From the NCBI RefSeq assembly GCF_006345805.1, contig NW_021829466.1, forward strand, positions 1 to 5,916: 5,916 nucleotides of DNA, in the 5' to 3' direction. The stretch comes from Octopus sinensis (Eukaryota). Below the pieces are notes generated by a model that was not told the origin of the DNA, searched no databases, and saw only the letters and a list, made by a program, of their open reading frames with translations. The position numbers were made by a program, and so were the translations under genes. Shown piece by piece: positions 1 to 5,916 of the stretch; the stretch's first letter is position 1; every line of letters begins with the position of its first letter.

Positions 1-10
1 CTGCTAACGA

Positions 11-186
11 TTGAGTGGGGGCTAGTCGATTACATCGACCCCCAGTGGTTCACTGGTGGTTATTTTATCGATCCCGAAAGGATGAAAGGCAAAGTCGACC
101 CCAGCAGAATTTGAACTCAGAGCGAGACGGACGATATAACTCTAATCATTTCGCTCGAGTGCTAACGATTCTGCCAGCTCGCCGCC
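11..186 (-). mobile_element. tRNA-derived SINE, copy 1 (distal tail truncated)
   Basis: Aligns by eye to copies 4 and 6 (GTCGATTACATCGACCCCAGTG...CCCGAAAGGATGAAAGGCAAAGTCGACC...GAATTTGAACTCAG...GCTAACGATTCTGCCAGCTCGCCGCC). The minus strand begins GGCGGCGAGCTGGCAGAATCG, an A-box-like TRGCNNARYNG, and contains B-box-like GTTCAAATTC. Confidence 0.85.
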
Positions 187-381
187 TTAACAACTACAAC
201 AATAATAATGATAATAATGATGATGATGATGATGATGATGACGATGATGACGATGACGACAACAACAACAACAATAACAATAATAACGACAATAATAATT
301 ATAATAATAATATTAACTACGACAATAATAATAATAACAACAATAATAATGATGATGATGATGATGATGATGATGGTGATG
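187..381. repeat. Compound trinucleotide microsatellite (AAC/AAT/GAT/GAC blocks)
   Basis: Successive in-phase blocks of AAC, AAT, GAT, GAC, AAC, AAT and GAT read directly. Confidence 0.95.
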
Positions 382-383
382 AA

Positions 384-523
384 TTCAAATTTTGTCACAA
401 CATGTAATTAATTTATCGAACTCGCAAGGATGAAAGGTAAAGTCGACCTCGGCTTAATTTGAACTCAGAATTTAAAGACAGACGAAATACCTGGCGTGCT
501 AACGATACTGCCAGCTCGCCACC
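384..523 (-). mobile_element. tRNA-derived SINE, copy 2 (two internal deletions)
   Basis: TTTATCGAACTCGCAAGGATGAAAGGTAAAGTCGACCTCGGC...TTTGAACTCAGAA...GACGAAATAC|CTGGCGTGCTAACGATACTGCCAGCTCGCCACC. It lacks the GTCGAT/CCAGT hairpin block and about 15 nt after GACGAAATAC relative to copy 4. Confidence 0.8.
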
Positions 524-538
524 ACCATGATAATAATA

Positions 539-578
<40 letters not shown>
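524..578. repeat. (AAT)3 followed by (GAT)12 microsatellite
   Basis: Direct read; perfect GAT run at 541-576. Confidence 0.95.
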
Positions 579-579
<1 letters not shown>

Positions 580-580
<1 letters not shown>

Positions 581-795
581 CTTTCTACTGTAGTCACATG
601 ATGAGAAATTTTGGGTGAATAGGATAGAGACGATTGCATGACCCCAGTGCTTAAATTGTACTCATTTAATTGACTCCGATAGGATGAAAGACAAAGTGAA
701 CCTCAACGAAATTTTTGTCCAGATCGTAAAGATGGAAGAAAGGCCGATAAATAATTTGTCTGGCGTGCTTAAAAGGATTCTGCCTGCTCGCTGCC
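580..795 (-). mobile_element. tRNA-derived SINE, copy 3 (diverged, near full length)
   Basis: Tail CCTTTCTACTGTAGTCACA...GAAATTTTGGG resembles the copy 6 tail. Core GACCCCAGTGC...GTACTCATTTAATTGACTCCGATAGGATGAAAGACAAAGTGAACCTC; head TGGCGTGCT...GATTCTGCCTGCTCGCTGCC. The B-box region is degraded. Confidence 0.75.
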
Positions 796-799
796 TTTA

Positions 800-1571
800 T
801 TTACCTCCATTAATAACCCCACATCACGCAAGCTGTCCTCCATTAACTACATGCGTCATCACATCGCCTTCACGTCATACCTTCCATTATCCAGCATCTA
901 CCTCCATCGTCATCATTATCATCATCATCATCATCAACACATCACACCACCGTCATCATCACTGTCATGTCACCTCCATCATCATCATCATCACACGCCA
1001 ATTATCTCCATCAGATCACATCTCCATCATCATTATCAACATCACACCTTACTTCCATCATCATCATCACCGCATCACACGACCATCATCTTCATCACAT
1101 CATGCCTCCATCATCATCAATTCACACCCCCATCATCACAACACATCATCATCATCATCATCATCATCACAACACACCATCATCATCACGTCTTACCTCC
1201 ATCATCACATCACACGCCCAGTATCTCCATCACATCACACCGCATTAGTATCATCATCATCACCATCATCATCATTACCATCACATCGCACAATCATCAT
1301 CAAATCACACCGCCATCATTATTATCATATCAGACCATCATCACCATTATCATCATCACCATCACATCAAACCTTCCGTCATCGAGCTCCTACCTCCGTC
1401 ATCAGCACCGTTCCTACCACCCTCTCCTTTCAGCATCACACCGCATCTCAAACCTTCCGTCTTCCAACATCCAGCATCCACCTCTATCATCATCACCATC
1501 ACGCCACACCCTCTTCCTCCCCCGCTTCCTCTTCCACCTCCCCATCATGTACTACCACCACCGTCATCACC
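800..1571. repeat. CAT/CAC-rich low-complexity tract, degenerate minisatellite
   Basis: Strongly G-poor. A recurring (T/C)ACCTCCATC-like motif is followed by variable (CAT)n and CACATCACAC; TCAAACCTTCCGTC is repeated exactly at 1367 and 1448. Confidence 0.85.
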
Positions 1572-1802
1572 TATTTCTTTACTACCCGCCAAGGGCTAAA
1601 CACAGAGAGGACAAACAAGGACAGATAAACGGATTAAGTCGATTATATCGACCCCAGTGCGTAACTGGTACTTATTTAATGGACCCCGAAAGGATGAAAA
1701 GCAAAGTCGACTTCGGCAGAATTTGAACTCAGAACGTAACGGCAGACGAAATACGGCTACGCATTTCGCCCGGCCTGCTAACGTTTCTGCCAGCTCGCCG
1801 CC
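1572..1802 (-). mobile_element. tRNA-derived SINE, copy 4 (apparently full length, distinct tail)
   Basis: Head and core match the other copies, and A-box-like and B-box-like motifs are present. The tail TTTCTTTACTACCCGCCAAGGGCTAAACACAGAGAGGACAAACAAGGACAGATAAACGGATTAA differs from the tails of copies 3 and 6. Confidence 0.88.
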
Positions 1803-1989
1803 CTTCCTCCATCATGTACCTCCACCAAGCTACACTGTATCTAATCCGCACCAGTGCGCTGCAGTACGTGTCATGTGAGATGAAATATCACTTTTTCCTC
1901 CGCAACTTCTTCTCGCGGTTTCTGTTGTAATTATTCACTCCTCGTTCTTCTTCGTTTTCTTAATATTGTTGTTGTTGTTGTAACTATTC

Positions 1990-2677
1990 TTGTCCGTACT
2001 TGGATTTATTGTTATGACTGATGTTGTAATTGTTGCCACCGATGGTATAGTTATGGTTATTTTTGTTGTAGTGGGTATAGTACAGGTGATAGTAGAGAGT
2101 GGTGGTGGTGATCGTCGTCGTCGTCGTAGATCTTGATTGTAGCTGTCGTCGTAGAGGTGGCGATGGTGGAGGTGGTTGTGATGGTGTTGGTGATGGTGGT
2201 GGTGTTGATGGTGGTGGTGATGGTGGTAGTGGTGATGGTGGTGGTGGCAATGGTGGTAGTGGTTGTGATAGTGTTGGTGATGGTGGTGGTGGTGGTGATG
2301 GTGGTGGCAGTGGTGGTAGTGGTGATGGTGGTGGTGATGGTGGTAGTCGTTGTCGTAGATCTTGATTGTAGCCGTCATCGTAGAGGTGGTGATGGTGATG
2401 GTGATGGTGGTGGTGGTGGTGGTGGTGTTGATGGTGGTGGTGGTAATGGTCGTGGTCGTTGTCGTGGTAGTCATGGTGTTGGTGATATGGTGGTGGTTAT
2501 GGTGATGGTGATGGTTGTGGTGGTGGTGATATGGTGGTGTTGATGGTGGTGGTGGTGTTTGTGGTCGTCGTGGTTGTGATCGTGTTGATGATGGTCATGG
2601 TGATGCTGGTATAGTGTGATGGTAGTACTAGCTTGGCTGTAGTGATGGTGGTGGTGACAGCAGCAGCAGCAACAGTA

Positions 2678-2716
<39 letters not shown>

Positions 2717-2790
2717 ACGGCGGAAGTAGTGCTGCTCCTGCTGGTGGAGCTTGTGTAGTTGCTGGTGTTGTTGTTGTTGTTGGTGGTGGT
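1990..2790. repeat. GGT/GAT/AGT/GTT-rich low-complexity tract with an internal 46-bp duplication
   Basis: Strongly C-poor with (GGT)n, (GAT)n and (AGT)n blocks; 2123-2168 and 2352-2397 match at 43 of 46 positions. Confidence 0.9.
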
Positions 2791-3190
2791 GTTTTTCTAT
2801 GGTAGGTGAGATATTTGTTACATTAAAACCGGTGGAAGCCTAGGTAGACGTGCTCTAAGCGGTATTTGTCACTGTTACAATTCGCGGCCGGAACGGCAGC
2901 GGCGGCGGCGGCGGCGGGCCACAGATGTAACACACGCATTGTTGGCGGTGCGTGTGTGTGTGAGTCCAATAATGGCGGTGTCGGGAGATTTAACGGCTAC
3001 CATCAAAAGACATCCACTCATATCCCAGCGTGGAGAATATATTATATTGACCGCAATAAAAAAAAGAAAAAGAAAAAAAAACAAACCACGCGCTTTCTGG
3101 TTGTAATTACATCCAGCGTTGGTCAAGCTTCTGATCGCCACTACGTGACTTCCTAACGGCTCGTCGACACGAAATAGTCGGACCAATGAA
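2721..3190. promoter_or_regulatory. CpG-dense, promoter-like segment
   Basis: Roughly 30 CpG in 2820-3190 (hand count) in an otherwise AT-rich window; (GGC)5 at 2901-2915; ETS-like CGGAAGT at 2721 and ACTTCC at 3148; YY1-like AATGGCGG at 2971; CCAAT at 2966 and 3183; TACGTGAC at 3142. Motif evidence only. Confidence 0.45.
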
Positions 3191-3264
3191 ACATTCTTTC
3201 CTTTTCATTGATATTCGAGATACTTGATACAATGAAACACATATGTACAACACGAACATACAGT

Positions 3265-3850
3265 TTATATACATGCATATGTGTGTGTGTATGTGTGTAT
3301 GTGTGTGTGTGTGTAGTTCAAGTATGTATATATTATATATATATATATACAGATATACATACATGCATACGCGCATATAGGAAGAGACATATCGCACATA
3401 CAAACGCATAACTTATTTGCTGATGTGTGTCATAACACACATACACACACGCAAACATACACACGTGCATATATATATATATATGTGTGTGTGTGTATTT
3501 ATATATATATCTATATATATATGTATGTGTGTGCGTTTGTGAGTATGTGTATTTATATATATATATACCAGGAGAGTGGGAAAGTGAGAGAGAGAGAGAG
3601 AGAGAGATTAAAACTTTATGGTGTATGTGTGTGAGCGTGTGTGTATCTACGTCAACATATATACGTGAAGTTGTATATGAGTAGATACAAATTAATATAT
3701 ATGTTTGTATGCTTTTATATACATTTATACATATAAATGTACATATATACATATATATGAGTGTGTGTGTGTGTAAATGAATAAATTCATAGACAAAGAG
3801 AAATGTACATATATATATATATATGTGTATATATATATATACATATATAT
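3265..3850. repeat. Dinucleotide microsatellite cluster (TG/CA, TA, GA)
   Basis: Interleaved (TG)n, (CA)n and (TA)n, with (GA)n around 3586-3607. Confidence 0.93.
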
Positions 3851-3927
3851 GATTCAAAAATTGGAGATGTAACATTAATATAATTTATTAACTACAAAAT
3901 TCGAACATATTCTCTAACAGCTGTTTA

Positions 3928-3994
3928 TATTTTGCCCAAATATTAAATTACAATAATTAAATCATTGTATTGGGCAAAATACAATGATTTAATT
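3928..3994. repeat. Two overlapping perfect inverted repeats (17 bp and 12 bp arms)
   Basis: AATTAAATCATTGTATT (3955-3971) pairs with AATACAATGATTTAATT (3978-3994) around loop GGGCAA; TATTTTGCCCAA (3928-3939) pairs with TTGGGCAAAATA (3970-3981). Confidence 0.9.
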
Positions 3995-4186
3995 GTATAT
4001 AAATATATATTATATATATATATATATGCACTTTATGAAAAGGTTCTTTCTGGCTACGATTATTTCATGTTATAACAATTTTTCTCATTAATATCCCTCA
4101 ATTTTATAAACAAATTACAAAAGTATTCATTTATCTACTCTCTCATCCATATGATACTATTATTTATTGTAACTCACTATCTAACC

Positions 4187-4187
4187 T

Positions 4188-4222
<35 letters not shown>
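4187..4222. repeat. (TTTA)9 microsatellite
   Basis: Perfect 36-bp run read directly. Confidence 0.97.
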
Positions 4223-4665
4223 CCAATTATTGCCCTGATTTTATCCACATTAACCACGAAAACAACCTATATCACTCTGGCCCAGGTTCGTACCAATTAA
4301 ATGACATTCAGTCTGTTGAGATGATTTGCTAACATAACACTTAATAAGCTAACGGTATATCTTTTCTACTCCGCTTATGAGATTTTGCCCAATAGAATGA
4401 TTTAATTATTGTAATTTAATCTTTGGAAAAAATTGAAACAGCTGCAAAAGAATATGCTGGATTTTTGCAGTTAATAAATTATATTAACACTGCAGCCGCA
4501 TTATTTTTTTAATGTTATTTTGAATATTTATAAACCAACATTTATACTTAAACCTGTTATTTTATGAATATCACTATTCACAAAAAAATAATAGGCAACG
4601 GATCAGTAATTCATTGGATATTTTTTATCCCTTAATGAGGTTATTTTAAACCTCTTATTAATTTA

Positions 4666-4748
4666 CACACAACACACACACACACACAACACACACCATA
4701 TTATATAGATATGTGCTAACCCTTAATCACTTAGTATATATATTATAT

Positions 4749-4812
<64 letters not shown>
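4666..4812. repeat. Imperfect (CA)n and (TA)n microsatellites
   Basis: (CA)n at about 4666-4696 and (TA)n at about 4735-4812, with a short unique spacer between them. Confidence 0.93.
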
Positions 4813-4813
4813 T

Positions 4814-5005
4814 ATCTTTAATCTTTAACTTTATTCAGTCATTTGATTGCAGTCATGCTACGGTTTCACCTTGAAAAGTTTTAATCGAGCAAATTGACAC
4901 GAGGACTTATTTTGTTGAAATCTAGCACTTTTTCATCGGTCTTTTACCGAACCGCTAAGTGCTGTGGACGGAAACACACCATAACCGCTTGTCAAGCAAT
5001 GCTGG
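4814..5005 (-). mobile_element. Probable 3' fragment of a second SINE family (no tRNA head visible)
   Basis: TTCAGTCATTTGATTGCAGTCATGCT...TCGAGCAAATTGAC...CCGAACCGCTAAGT...GGACGGAAACACACC...TTGTCAAGCAATG matches my recollection of an abundant octopus interspersed repeat (unverified; strand also from recall). Weak similarity to the core of the main SINE is visible here. Confidence 0.5.
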
Positions 5006-5373
5006 TCATCAAACACTTGCATATTAATTTGTTAAAATAATGTAGAGACATTATTTATTCACCCATTAATCGTATCAATAGATTGCAATACCTATTTTTA
5101 GCAATAAACTATAACCATAAAGATTAATAAGATATTTAACGGCTTAATTACACCTAACAGATTCTAAAACTTATATATTGACATAGGATTGGGGATAGGA
5201 ATGGGAGCAAAACTAAAACGGTAACCGAACAGAGAACAGAATAGGATATGAAACAGTGTAATAGGGATAAGAACTGGAAACAGCCCCTGCTTTTCCAGGT
5301 ATTATCGGGTAATTCAGCTAGTATATACTTTTATGCAAACACGTAAAATGCACAATTAAGCAAACACATAAAA

Positions 5374-5524
5374 TCACTGGTGCTGGTACCATGTAAAAAA
5401 GCACCCAGTACACTCAGTACAGTGTTTGGTGTTAGAAAGGACATCTTGCTATAGAAACCAAGCCAAAACAGACTCTGGAACCTGGATTTGCTAGCTTCTG
5501 TCCAATTCATGCCAGCATGATGAC

Positions 5525-5566
<42 letters not shown>
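5374..5566 (+). mobile_element. Probable 3' end of a non-LTR retroelement with a (GAT)n tail
   Basis: AAAAAGCACCCAGTACACTC...GGTGTTAGAAAGGACATC...TAGAAACCA...TCCAATTCATGCCAGCATG runs straight into about 16 GAT-type units (5517-5566). Family assignment is from recollection of cephalopod repeats, unverified. Confidence 0.45.
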
Positions 5567-5568
<2 letters not shown>

Positions 5569-5657
5569 CAAAAAGATTTTAAGTCAGAACATGAAGACAG
5601 GCGAAATGCCGCTTAGCATATCATCCGGCGCGCTAACAATTCAGCCAGCTCACCGCC
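5567..5657 (-). mobile_element. tRNA-derived SINE, copy 5 (essentially head only)
   Basis: TCAGAACATGAAGACAGGCGAAATGCCGCTTAGCAT...CCGGCGCGCTAACAATTCAGCCAGCTCACCGCC aligns to the head of the other copies. The core is absent and the B-box is degraded. Confidence 0.78.
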
Positions 5658-5696
5658 TTATTAATAATAATATAATAATATAATAATAATAATAAT
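5658..5696. repeat. Imperfect (AAT)n microsatellite
   Basis: Direct read between SINE copies 5 and 6. Confidence 0.93.
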
Positions 5697-5907
5697 CCTT
5701 TTTTACTCTAGACACAAGGCCGGAAATTTTGGGGGAGGGATCCAGTCGATTAGTTCAACCCCAGTACGCAACTGGTACTTAGTTTACCGACCCCGAAGGG
5801 ATGAAAGGCAAAGTCGGCCTTGGCGGAATTTGAACTCAGAACGTAGCGATGGGCGAAATGCTTAGTGGCATTCAGTAACGTGCAAATGATTCTGCCAGCT
5901 CGCCGCC
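5697..5907 (-). mobile_element. tRNA-derived SINE, copy 6 (apparently full length)
   Basis: Tail CCTTTTTTACTCTAGACACAAGGCCGGAAATTTTGGGGGAGGG; core CCCCAGTACGCAACTGGTACTTAG...CCCCGAAGGGATGAAAGGCAAAGTCGGCCTTGGC; B-box-like GTTCAAATTCC (minus strand of 5825-5835); head end followed by TTAATAATA. Confidence 0.88.
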
Positions 5908-5916
5908 TTAATAATA

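Noticed and set aside
15-411. ORFs with poly-N/D/M/I runs
   Set aside because: They are translations of a SINE plus trinucleotide microsatellite; the 130-aa ORF starts at GTG.
11-795. CRISPR-like repeat-spacer array
   Set aside because: The repeats are 140-230 bp and diverged, the spacers are microsatellites, the context is eukaryotic and no cas genes are present.
1683-1712. Hammerhead ribozyme in the SINE core (CCGAAAGGATGAAA), and CTGATGA on the minus strand near 1400
   Set aside because: The core lacks CUGANGA and has GAAA and GAUGA in the wrong order. The minus-strand CTGATGA has no stem II followed by GAAA.
684-1726. Long His/Ser/Ile-rich ORFs (314 aa and 291 aa) as histidine-rich structural proteins
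   Set aside because: Several overlapping frames are open because CAT/CAC repeats lack stop codons. One ORF starts inside SINE copy 3 and both end inside copy 4. There are no Gly-His repeats of the squid beak protein type and no domain-like sequence.
1720-1802. Functional tRNA gene on the minus strand
   Set aside because: A-box-like and B-box-like motifs are present, but there is no acceptor stem, the T-stem does not pair, and the sequence continues into a repeated SINE body.
1935-2543. Thr/His/Pro/Gly/Val-rich ORFs on both strands (mucin-like or transmembrane-like)
   Set aside because: Overlapping frames on both strands are open across GGT/GAT repeats, the hallmark of low complexity rather than coding selection.
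2866-3875. ORFs of 65-180 aa over the GC-rich segment and dinucleotide repeats
   Set aside because: They consist of YI/CV/HT/ER dipeptide runs or poly-Ala/Lys/Arg from simple repeats, with no recognisable protein family.
4442-4470. CTGCAAAA/TTTTGCAG hairpin
   Set aside because: An 8-bp, A/T-rich stem with a 13-nt loop is expected by chance in a window of this size and composition.
5284-5315. Microexon (CCCCTGCTTTTCCAG|GTTATTATCGG|GTAATT)
   Set aside because: The pyrimidine tract is short and preceded by AG-rich sequence, the donor is weak and 11 nt is not frame-preserving. It cannot be supported without RNA data.

Overview
AT-rich, non-coding eukaryotic DNA dominated by repeats, most likely from an octopus or other cephalopod genome. 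That assignment rests on my recall of the repeat motifs and was not verified by a search. No credible protein-coding gene, RNA gene or CRISPR array is present, and the supplied ORFs come from stop-free microsatellite or SINE sequence. The main structured element is a tRNA-derived SINE in six copies, all on the minus strand, in head-to-tail clusters (11-795 and 5567-5907) separated by (AAT)n/(GAT)n tracts. The copies share a head and core but carry different 3' tails. Also present: a CAT/CAC-rich degenerate minisatellite (800-1570) facing a complementary GGT/GAT-rich tract (about 1990-2790), a CpG-dense promoter-like segment (about 2720-3190), two fragments of other probable retroelements (4814-5005, 5374-5566), many microsatellites, and two overlapping, mutually exclusive perfect inverted repeats at 3928-3994. 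I found no convincing novel gene system. The findings concern repeat architecture and possible regulation, and most are hypotheses.
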